Below, piece after piece: positions 55,480-64,000 of a DNA stretch of 64,000 nt. The notes under the pieces were generated by a model. The model had not been told where the DNA came from. It saw only the letters and a program-made list of their open reading frames with translations, and did no database searches. Every line of letters starts with the position of its first letter. The stretch's first letter is position 1. The stretch is from positions 69,487 through 133,486 of the forward strand of contig CAVYOD010000029.1 of the NCBI GenBank assembly GCA_963770045.1. Reading direction: 5' to 3'. A program made the position numbers and the translations under genes. This DNA comes from Candidatus Aminicenantes bacterium. GTDB lineage: Bacteria > Acidobacteriota > Aminicenantia > Aminicenantales > CAVYOD01.

Positions 55480-56707
55480 CTATTTCACCTTCACGCGCTG
55501 GCCGTCGTGTAAACCTTGGGGGCCCTTCACCACGATCTTATCGCCCGGCGCAAGACCCGCCGTGACTTCCACGTCGCCGCCCCTGACCACTCCCAGACTC
55601 ACCGCGCGTCTTTCCAGAAGACCGTCGTGGAAAAGAAACACGACTTCCCTGCCCTCGGCTTGCCGCACGGCCTCTCGCGGCACCACCGCGCGCGCTTGGG
55701 GCTGCCCGGGCGGCTGCTCGCCCGCCAGAAAAGAGACCTTCACTCCCATGTCCGGCAGGATCCGCGGATCCAGCTTATCGAACGAGATTCGCACTTTCAC
55801 CGTGGCTTTCTGCCGGTCTGCGGTGGGGATCACCGTCCGCACCTTGGCGGGTATGCGCCAGTCCGGATAGGCGTCGAGCACCGCTTCAACTCGCTGTCCC
55901 GGGACAACCCGGGCGATGTACGACTCGTTGACGTCGACCTCGATCTCGATGGATGCCATGTCCACGATCGTGGCGATGCCGGTGCGGGTGAAGCCGCCCC
56001 CGGCTGAGATCGGGGAAACCATCTCGCCGCGCTGCGCGTCCTTGGAGACCACAACACCGGCGAAGGGCGCCCGCACCGTGCAATTGTCAACATCCTGCTG
56101 AGCCACGGCGATCTGGGCGTCGGCGGCCCGCACTTGCTCGTTGGCCGCCGCGATCTGGGCCCTCAAGCTTTCGGCGGTCGTGCGCGCCAGGTCGAGGGCC
56201 TGCTGGCTGGCGATGCCGTGCTTCTGGAGGTCCTCCTGGCGGCGGTACTCGCGGTCCGCGTTGGAGAGGTTGACCTGGAGGTTTTCGATCAGGGCCGCGG
56301 TCGCGTCACGCTGCGTCTTGGCCGCGCGCAAACGGCGCTGGGCGTCTGAATCGTCGAGGCGCGCGAGGAGTTGCCCCTCGTTGACCACCATCCCCTCATC
56401 AACATAGACGTCCACGACTCGCGCCGTAATCTTGGCCGCCACCGTGGCCCTGCGGCGGGGCGTAATGTAGCCGCTCGCGTTCAGGAGGGCGATGGTTGCG
56501 GGATCGCCCGCCGGCCGCACAACTGCCACCTCAACGGCGGGGACCCTGGCGCGCAGCGACAATACCGCCGCGATGACCAGCAGGAGTCCGAAGATGGACA
56601 GGCCAGCAACGCGCCAGATCCTCCGCCCGCCCTTGTTGCCACGGGCGTGATCCTCAATCCTCAGCCCGGAAAGGTCCTGCTTCGAAGAACCTGGGACTCT
56701 CGACCAT
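55480..56707 (-). CDS. Efflux periplasmic adaptor (MacA/HlyD-like; frameshift near start)
   Basis: N-terminal TM, LNASGY, coiled coil, RAPFAGVV, EVDVNES and PTADRQKATVKV. Confidence 0.88.
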
Positions 56708-56962
56708 GCTTATCTATCCTTCGCGAGAATCATATTGTTTTCTCAAGAACCGCAAATTCATAATGATCATGCTCCTCAATGATATCTTGCCCCGGCTGAT
56801 CGAGTCAACATACAAATATCGCAAACGTCGACGATCCCGCACTCGAGGGGATGCGCGAGAGCTCTTCTATTGCAGGAGCGTCCCCGACAGAAGTCCCGGC
56901 CGGCAGTTCGACCCGAAGCTTTAGCACGCTCCCAGATCCCCGCAGAAAATTGGGAAGAGCGT

Positions 56963-57706
56963 TTACTCCCAGCGGAAGAGCCGGGTGGAGAGAATCATCC
57001 CGACGAGGAGAACGCCGCCCAGAACAGCCGCTTCGGTCAGGTGTTTCGCCCAACTTTCTCCGGACCACAACCCTCTCATCAATGTGACGACATGCGTCAG
57101 CGGAATGAACCGCGCGATGTTGCGGACAGACTGAGGAAGGACTTCCAGGGGGATGGCCGATCCGCTCAGGAACATCATCGGGAAAGCGCAGATCATGCCG
57201 ATGGCCTGAGCGACCCGGGCGGTCGGCGCAACTCCGGCGATGAGATAGCCCAGGGCAAAGAAGGCCAGGCTGCTCAGGGTGAACCCGGCCCAGACAGAAA
57301 GAATATGCCCCTCAAACCTCATGCCGTACAACGCTTTTCCGACCAGAACGAGCGCCAGAACACCAACGGCCGTCATAACATAATAGCAAGAGATATTGGC
57401 CATGATATAGGCCGCCGGCCGAAGCGGCGTCATCCTGAACCGCCTGAGCACACCCGCTTCGCGGCTCGCGGCCGTGGCGATCGGAATGCCCATGAAGCCC
57501 ACAGAGATGATGATCAAAGCGATGTAAGAGGGCACGGAGACATCGACCATGCCCCTTCCTCCGAAGAACGGGCTCGGTTTGTTCCCGTAAATCGTGCCGA
57601 ATAGGAGGAGAAGCATCGGGGCGAAAACGATCGTAAAGAAAGTCGCGGCGGGCTCGCGAAGGTAAAGTTTCATCTGGGCGAGCATGAGTTTCCAGAGGCC
57701 TCGCAT
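56963..57706 (-). CDS. ABC-2 type permease
   Basis: REP...FFT, RE.GVLRR...TP, PMMFLSG and IPLTH. Confidence 0.88.
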   Translation of the reverse strand: MRGLWKLMLAQMKLYLREPAATFFTIVFAPMLLLLFGTIYGNKPSPFFGGRGMVDVSVPSYIALIIISVGFMGIPIATAASREAGVLRRFRMTPLRPAAYIMANISCYYVMTAVGVLALVLVGKALYGMRFEGHILSVWAGFTLSSLAFFALGYLIAGVAPTARVAQAIGMICAFPMMFLSGSAIPLEVLPQSVRNIARFIPLTHVVTLMRGLWSGESWAKHLTEAAVLGGVLLVGMILSTRLFRWE

Positions 57707-57715
57707 CTATATCTC

Positions 57716-58628
57716 CTAGTCCCGCATTTCTTTTCCGGTCAGGGTGAGGAAGACATCCTCGAGGCTCGGCTGCTCGGTGCGGAGATCGCGAAAGCGGACC
57801 TTCGCCGAGTCGAGAGCGATGACGACGCGGACGACGAGCCCCTCTCCGCGTCCGAAGATAATCACGCTTCCTTCCAGAGTGTTCGACTCGGGTCACGCCG
57901 TCGATCGCCCGGAAGACGGCCTCTTCGATCTTTGCATCTGCGGTGAAAACCACTCTCGTTTCAGCCCCGAGCGAGGTGATAAGAGCCCGAGGTGTATCGA
58001 GAGCGACGATTTTCCCGCGGTCGATGATGGCGACGCGGTCGCAGAGCTCCTCCGCTTCTTCCATGTAGTGGGTCGTGAGAAAGACCGTTTTCCCCCGATC
58101 GCGAATATGTTTGACCAATTCCCACATCGCCCGGCGGGCTTGAGGATCGAGGCCGGTCGTGAGCTCGTCCAGAAAAACGATCTCGGGATCGTTGATGAGA
58201 GCGAGAGCGATAAACAGGCGCTGCTTTTGTCCCCCCGAGAGTTTGCCGAAGGGAGCATTCAATTTCTCAGTCAGGCCGAGCTGATCCAGGAGCGGCTTCC
58301 AATCCGTCGGCCGCCTGTAAAAGGCGGAAAAAAGGTCGGCAATCTCCCGGACTCTGAGCCGGTCCGGGAGCGAGCTTTCCTGCAATTGGACACCGATCCG
58401 TTCCCGCAATTCGTACGCCTGATGCCCAGGGTCCAGCCCGAGGACGGAGATTCGCCCCGAATCCGGACGGCGAAGTCCTTCCAGGCACTCGATGGTCGTT
58501 GTCTTGCCGGCCCCGTTTGGGCCGACCATCCCAAAAATCTCGCCCGGACGGACATCGAAGGTCACTCCGTCGACGGCGACGACAGCGCCGTAAACTTTGC
58601 GCAGGCTTTCTATGGTTATAGCCGTCAT
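57716..58628 (-). CDS. ABC ATP-binding protein (frameshift ~57875)
   Basis: GPNGAGKTT, LSGGQKQR, LDELTTGLD and TTHYMEEA; C-terminal PSLEDVFL.LTG in a shifted frame. Confidence 0.9.
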
Positions 58629-58789
58629 GCTTTCTTTTGCCCGGTATTTTGCGGCAGTTTATCAGCTAATTTCGAAATTGTCAAAAGAGATGCTTTCCCG
58701 AAATGGCCGAAAGACGCCTCTTGCGCTCCGAAAGATCTCGAAAATACCCGCTTCGGTTTTAACGAGAATTCGTTGGCCGGTGAATCCCG

Positions 58790-59704
58790 CTATAGTCCGA
58801 CGCAAACAGAGATTCCAAAGACTTGAGGAACGACGTGGAACGACAAACCTGAGCGGTCATCTTTTTTGCCCTCCCAGCGCCTGCGGAAATCCCGCCCGAC
58901 GCTGGAGCCAATGGCAAAGCCCATCAGGCCGCCAGCGACCGTATCTGAAAACCAGTGCATCGACGACTTCCCGTGGGAAATGACACTCAGGAAAAGGTAG
59001 CCGAGATACGTGCCTCCGGCGATCTTCAGCCACGTCTTGTCCCCGTAAAAAGAAAACAGGCTGGTAACGGCAGCGGTATTGGCCAGCAGGTGGCCGGACG
59101 GCCAGCCATGGTAGATTCCGCCGCGCAGAAATCCGAAGCGAAAGGTCTCGCTGGCCTTGTTGTCAGGGTAGATCAGCGGCTCTGGACCGGGACGCCCGGT
59201 CAAGGCTTTCAAGGCGCTCGAATAGCAGACCGCCAGAAGCGATGCCTGCAAAACGGAGCTGCCTGCCGAGATGAGTTGCGAGGAACGGCCGATCAGGCCC
59301 GAAAACAAGACGCCGCAGCCCAAAACCGCGGGAAACACGGCTCCTTGGGAAACGCCAGGATGCGAGGATTTATCAAAAAAGGTGTTTCGGGCGAAGAAAT
59401 TGTGGACCCGGGTATCCAAGCCGCTTTCAATGATCAGCAATGTTCCGGCTACGGCAGAGAGATGGAAAAGTGCCTTAGGGAAGGAGAAACTCGCCAGCGC
59501 GTTGCGGCCGAGACCGGTCCAGGGAGAGACAGCGACGTGTTGATCGGCCGCTGAATGAGGTTGTTCTTGTTTGAACTCCGGCGACGAGTCTGCGGCTGAA
59601 GCGGGCAGACCGCCGAGGGCCAAGAGTGTTACCATGAGAAGTGCGACCGAGAGCCTTATCCGAAAGCCGATTGTTCTGCGAGGAGTTATGCAATTTTGTC
59701 TCAT
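58790..59704 (-). CDS. PAP2-family phosphatase-like protein
   Basis: K..TGR..P, WPSGH and HWFSD motifs. Confidence 0.8.
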   Translation of the reverse strand: MRQNCITPRRTIGFRIRLSVALLMVTLLALGGLPASAADSSPEFKQEQPHSAADQHVAVSPWTGLGRNALASFSFPKALFHLSAVAGTLLIIESGLDTRVHNFFARNTFFDKSSHPGVSQGAVFPAVLGCGVLFSGLIGRSSQLISAGSSVLQASLLAVCYSSALKALTGRPGPEPLIYPDNKASETFRFGFLRGGIYHGWPSGHLLANTAAVTSLFSFYGDKTWLKIAGGTYLGYLFLSVISHGKSSMHWFSDTVAGGLMGFAIGSSVGRDFRRRWEGKKDDRSGLSFHVVPQVFGISVCVGL

Positions 59705-59785
59705 ACATGGATTTTATCATAACTCGTTCACTCCAGATTCGGCAGCCGCAATACGAAAGCGGCGATGGATTCTTTGCTAGTGGGT

Positions 59786-60697
59786 TTAACGGCCTCTCAG
59801 GATGGTCTTGATTTTGCTCACATAGTCCTCTTCGTGGACGAGAGAACCGACGTGTCCCCCGCTTTCATACACCACTTCCCCGGGCTTGATATATTGCGCC
59901 TTGAGGCGTTCGTGATACTTGAAGTTTGGATCATCCCTTGACGTAATGATCAGAATTTTGCCGGCATGGTCTGCGCTCTCCTCGGGTCGATAGATCTCGC
60001 TGCCGTTGAATTCAGCGGCCAAGCGGTACTGGGCGAGGAGATCCCGTTTGCTCACCACTGACATCAGCATGTGGAGGAAATACGCCTTGTAGAAATCCAG
60101 GAGCTCGCGTGTTTCCATCGGCAACGACGGGTCCACCTTGAGCATCTTGACCATTTCCTTCTTCGTCAACCACTTCAGAAGGGGCGGCGGCATGGTCTTG
60201 AGGAGAAGGCAAATCCATTTGAATATCCGTTTGTACTCCGGCAAGGGAGGCATCGTGAAGGCAAGGACCAATCTGTCGATCCGGGAGCTGTGGCGATGGA
60301 AAAAAGCCTGGGCGATCATTCCTCCGAAGCTTCCTCCCAGAACATGGACCGTGTCGATCCGCCGGCTGTCGAGGAGACGGGTCAAACCCTGGCCGAGTTC
60401 ATCAAGCCCCCGGAATCCATTGATTGTCGGCGCGATGACCCGGAACTCGTCCTTGAATTGAACGATCCGGCGAAAAGAGTATTCGGCGGTCTGGGAAGCA
60501 CCGTGGAAAAGGAGGATGGCCTCCGCGCCCTTGCCCACGTCGTAAAAGGGAACCTTGACGGTCTTGAATGAGAATTGGTTGAGTGGACAGGTCATACGGA
60601 AATCTTCCAGGTCGCGCCAATATCGAGGATTGACCAGGGCAAGTGCTTCATTTGTCCGGGAGGCCTCGGAGTGTCGAATCCGGGACGGCAATTTCAA
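59786..60697 (-). CDS. Alpha/beta hydrolase
   Basis: LLFHG, GGSFGG nucleophile elbow, DD and GGH; start codon uncertain. Confidence 0.8.
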   Translation of the reverse strand: MKLPSRIRHSEASRTNEALALVNPRYWRDLEDFRMTCPLNQFSFKTVKVPFYDVGKGAEAILLFHGASQTAEYSFRRIVQFKDEFRVIAPTINGFRGLDELGQGLTRLLDSRRIDTVHVLGGSFGGMIAQAFFHRHSSRIDRLVLAFTMPPLPEYKRIFKWICLLLKTMPPPLLKWLTKKEMVKMLKVDPSLPMETRELLDFYKAYFLHMLMSVVSKRDLLAQYRLAAEFNGSEIYRPEESADHAGKILIITSRDDPNFKYHERLKAQYIKPGEVVYESGGHVGSLVHEEDYVSKIKTILRGR

Positions 60698-60811
60698 CCT
60701 CCTTCAGGCCTTTCATGATAACACGAATCGAACTTGATCGGAACCCAAGTGCATGCCGAGAGGTCGCCGGATTTCTTGGTTCAAGCGAGCCGCCGAGCAG
60801 GGATTTCTGCC

Positions 60812-60944
60812 TTGACTCCGATCGAATGCGAATGGTATATTTTTTATGTTCAGGGGCGCTTGAATTCAGAGCTGGCGGGCGGGAGAGTTGCACCGAAAGC
60901 GCCAGCGGATAATTCTCCCCGATCTTTCGGACAGGAGGATAACA
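60812..60944 (+). promoter_or_regulatory. folD promoter and structured 5' leader
   Basis: TTGACT-18-TATATT; interleaved stems 60871-77/60900-06 and 60881-89/60911-19; AGGAGG RBS. Confidence 0.45.
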
Positions 60945-61792
60945 TTGGCGGCTCCGTTGATCCTGGATGGGAAAGCACTCGCCAAAGCCATCGAAGAATC
61001 CCTGAAAAGCCGGGTCGCTGCTTTTAAAGAAAAAACGGGCAAAATCCCGACTCTCGCAGCGATCCTGGTCGGCAACGATCCAGCCTCCGCGACCTACGTC
61101 AAGATGAAGGGGAACGCGTGCAACCGCGTTGGCATGGACTCGAAACAGGTTCATCTTCCCGAGACGACGACCACTCCCGAGCTCTTAGACGAGATCCGGC
61201 GGCTGAACGCGGATCCCCGCGTTAACGGCATACTGCTCCAGCACCCGGTGCCACACCAGATTTACGAGCGGGCCGCCTTCGAAGCCATTGCGCTTGAGAA
61301 GGATGTCGACGGCGTCACCTGCCTCGGATTCGGCCGTATGGCTATGGGCGAGCCTGCCCATGGAAGCGCCACACCGGCCGGGATCATGAGGCTTATCGAT
61401 CACTACCAAATTCCGCTTGAAGGGAAAAGGGTCACGATTGTCGGGCGCAGCCCTATCCTCGGCAAGCCGATGGCTCTGATGCTCCTCAATAGAAACGCGA
61501 CCGTCACAATCTGTCACTCCAAAACACAGGGGCTGCCCGGCGTTATCGGTGAGGCGGATATTGTTGTCGGGGCCGTGGGTAAGCCGAAGTTTATAAAAGG
61601 AGACTGGATCAAACAAGGCGCAGTGGTCATCGATGCCGGATATCATCCCGGCGGCGTGGGCGACGTGGATCTCGATGTGGCGATGTTGCGATGCAGTGCC
61701 TACACCCCTGTCCCTGGCGGCGTGGGTCCATGACGATTGTCACGCTCCTAGCCCAAACGATGGATGCGGCTGAAAAACAGGTGGTGAGATAA
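60945..61792 (+). CDS. folD: Bifunctional methylene-THF dehydrogenase/cyclohydrolase (frameshift ~61729)
   Basis: [36 protein letters not shown] and TPVPGGVGP(MT); TTG start after AGGAGG. Confidence 0.95.
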
Positions 61793-61842
61793 TTCGGTTT
61801 CTAGAGTCACGCCCAAGATTCCAGACCCCCACTCTCGGGACT

Positions 61843-62232
61843 CTATTTCCTCGAATGAACGGCGATGCGGTTCCCTTCCGAATCGAGGAACAGTCCCATG
61901 TACCCGATTCCCTCCGAGATGAGTTTTTTCGGCATCACGACCCTACCACCGGCGGCTTCTACCCGGGAGAGTTCGATAGCCAAATCACCGCTGAAGGCGG
62001 TCATGTAGACCAGGACTCCGTCCGGAGATGGCTTGTAGGATTCTTTTTGGTAGACCAATGATCCCGAGGCGCCCATGCCTTCCTGAATCCAGGGGAACCA
62101 AGCCATGTCCAGCTCACCAATCGGGTTTCGAGAAAGTTTGAACCCAAAAACCTCTTCATAAAATTTGATCGCCCGGTCCATGTGATTGACGGGGATCTCG
62201 AACCATCCGACGACATTGTGTTTGATTTCCAT
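61843..62232 (-). CDS. VOC/glyoxalase family protein
   Basis: VGWFEIPV..MDRA.KFYE.VF and F.DSEGNRIA.HS. Confidence 0.9.
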   Translation of the reverse strand: MEIKHNVVGWFEIPVNHMDRAIKFYEEVFGFKLSRNPIGELDMAWFPWIQEGMGASGSLVYQKESYKPSPDGVLVYMTAFSGDLAIELSRVEAAGGRVVMPKKLISEGIGYMGLFLDSEGNRIAVHSRK

Positions 62233-62316
62233 ACTTGTAGGGTAAACGACATCGGGGAGGCTGTCAAACCCGGCTGAGCCTGGACGCGGGATACGCTCGG
62301 CGGCCGCCGGATAAAC

Positions 62317-63453
62317 CTAGCGCGAGCCTTTGAGATACAACTCCCCTACCCGCAGGGCCAATTCCCCGGCGTCGACGTCTGTCCGATTGCAGAGCACAAT
62401 GATCGTAAGCTCATCGTCGACGAAGCGCTGGATCGCCGTCCGAAAACCCACGGTCTCTCCGTAGTGCCACATGCGGGCATGTCCTGCGTAGGGATTCAAG
62501 AACCAACCGAATCCATACTCCGCGGGGAGTCCATCCGGTTGAATCACGTGGCCTTCCTTCACTTTGACAGGCGTCAGCGCCGGCCGCATTTCCTCGGAGC
62601 TCAGCAGACTGTGATCGCGCAGGGATTTATCCCACTTGGCCAGGTCAACGAGCGAGGAATAGACGCCGCCGTCGCCCAGGGTAGCTGACGTTGGACTCTG
62701 ATCTGTCTGACGCCATCCATCGGGCTCCTTGGTATGCCCGAATGCCCTGTTGACGACCTCATTCTTGCCGCGTTCGTAGGCCAATGTGTGCGTCATCTTG
62801 AGAGGAGCGAAGATGCGGTCGTGCAGGAATTGGCCGAAGGGCCTGTCCGAGACCTGTTGGACTATCAAGCCGAGCAGGACGTAACCCGAATTGCTATAGT
62901 CCCATCTTGAGCCGGGGACGAATTTCGTTGAATTCTGGCGTTTTAAGAGTTCGAGCACGGCGACATCTTTGATCTGGATTTGCTCCACGGGAGTGTTTGC
63001 CTCAACCTTGGGCATAAGATCTTCATAGTCCAGCAGGCCCGAAGTGTGGTTGAGCAAATGGCGGACGGTGATGGCCTTGCCGTACTCAGGAAAATCAGGG
63101 AAGAAGTCGGTCAGGCGGCTTTCAAAGCGCAGCTTGCCGTCGTGCACGAGCAGCATGACGGCCATGGCGGTGAATTGTTTTGTGACCGAGGCGAGGCGGA
63201 AATTCGTCTGCGCATCGATCTGATGACGTGTGCCTAGATCGGTGACACCATAGCCACGTTCGAAATCGATCCGCCCGTCTTTCACGACCAGCACTGCCGC
63301 TCCAGGCTCTTTGTTCGATATCAAACTTGTGAAAATGGCGTCAATGCGCTTTGCCAGGGGGCTCAAGTCGGCCGTTCTGACATGGGTCAAAGCCAGAAGA
63401 GCCGTCACCGAGACCACAGATGTGGTTATCACAAACCCATAGGGGATCTTCAT
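62317..63453 (-). CDS. Serine hydrolase, beta-lactamase (AmpC/PBP-like) family
   Basis: LASVTK (SxxK), LLNHTSG, YSN and HYG motifs; signal peptide. Confidence 0.9.
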   Translation of the reverse strand: MKIPYGFVITTSVVSVTALLALTHVRTADLSPLAKRIDAIFTSLISNKEPGAAVLVVKDGRIDFERGYGVTDLGTRHQIDAQTNFRLASVTKQFTAMAVMLLVHDGKLRFESRLTDFFPDFPEYGKAITVRHLLNHTSGLLDYEDLMPKVEANTPVEQIQIKDVAVLELLKRQNSTKFVPGSRWDYSNSGYVLLGLIVQQVSDRPFGQFLHDRIFAPLKMTHTLAYERGKNEVVNRAFGHTKEPDGWRQTDQSPTSATLGDGGVYSSLVDLAKWDKSLRDHSLLSSEEMRPALTPVKVKEGHVIQPDGLPAEYGFGWFLNPYAGHARMWHYGETVGFRTAIQRFVDDELTIIVLCNRTDVDAGELALRVGELYLKGSR

Positions 63454-63556
63454 CTCCTCCTCGTTATCTCAATAAAGGAACTGACAATTTTCATATGATC
63501 AAGAATCATAAATTTTGTGGGGAGGCGAAGTCAAGCCCGGCGATGACGAAAGCGGC

Positions 63557-64000
63557 TCATGTGAAGAGAAGGAAGGCTGCGCAGATGATCATCAGGATGA
63601 GCGAGGCACTGTGAAGAAACCGCCATTCGGCGTTTGCTCTTCTCAGAATCTCGAAATCCGTGACGAAGATTGTCTCGCAGGCGCCGTTGCCGCGGTCGGC
63701 GCGGGTCGTGCTTGTCATCCGCTTGTAGGGAGAGCCTTTCTGACCGTAGGACACGAGCCAGCCCTTGAGGTGGACCTGGTCCCCCCGCCTTGCGCGCATG
63801 ACGGCCCGGGCAACGAGAGAGTCAGCCGGAAGGATGTGGTTATTGGATAGACAGTTTTCTGTAAAAATCTTGCCCGTCGCTTCGTCCGGATAGGAATAAA
63901 AGCAGGTGAAGTCGCGGTTCTTGAACTTCATCCGGCGGTAGACGGCCGTCTCGATGTTCTTTCCCCAGACGACACAGATGTCCTTCGCGTTGACATGATC
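63557..64000 (-). CDS. Hypothetical protein, 5'-truncated by the window edge
   Basis: Open frame to the edge with D.CVVWG.N, SNNHILP and STTR.D.GNGACE motifs and a C-terminal TM. Confidence 0.6.
   Translation of the reverse strand, partial: DHVNAKDICVVWGKNIETAVYRRMKFKNRDFTCFYSYPDEATGKIFTENCLSNNHILPADSLVARAVMRARRGDQVHLKGWLVSYGQKGSPYKRMTSTTRADRGNGACETIFVTDFEILRRANAEWRFLHSASLILMIICAAFLLFT

Noticed and set aside
62317-63453. True antibiotic-resistance beta-lactamase
   Set aside because: SxxK/YxN motifs are shared by many esterases and peptidases; HYG replaces KTG, so only a family-level call is supported.

Overview
A 64-kb GC-rich chromosomal window from a diderm bacterium. Gene content and style suggest Candidatus Aminicenantes or a similar anaerobe; this is an inference, not a database result. 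About 25 apparent frameshifts in roughly 17 genes, including nuoK, nuoM and folD, point to an unpolished long-read assembly rather than mass pseudogenisation. Contents in order: RidA-family 3' end; a ~146-nt rod-like hairpin; an FmdB zinc-ribbon gene among short dispersed repeats; hydantoinase/oxoprolinase A+B; a BlaI/CopY repressor - M56 peptidase - TolC - CusB - CusA-type efflux operon with a visible operator; a minus-strand run of BNR/VPS10 protein, PepP, C-N hydrolase, NusG paralog and DegT; then ornithine cyclodeaminase, a beta-barrel protein, an NCS2 permease, a multi-PAS HD-GYP protein and a cyclase-family hydrolase. Next is the most notable feature, an ~11.7-kb island bounded by tRNA-fMet and a degenerate copy of its 3' end. 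It encodes a YghO/bacterial-ceramide-synthase-like GNAT, an iterative type I PKS/PUFA-synthase-like megasynthase (ER-like x2-KS-MAT-ACP x2-KR-DH, no thioesterase, atypical ACP motif) and a PPTase, followed by a probable IS scar and small stress genes. The remainder holds a stand-alone nuoJKLMN unit, a second BNR/VPS10 protein, three consecutive ABC exporters, PAP2, an alpha/beta hydrolase, folD with a pseudoknot-like leader, a VOC protein and a beta-lactamase-family hydrolase. No CRISPR array, rRNA or intact integrase/transposase was seen.
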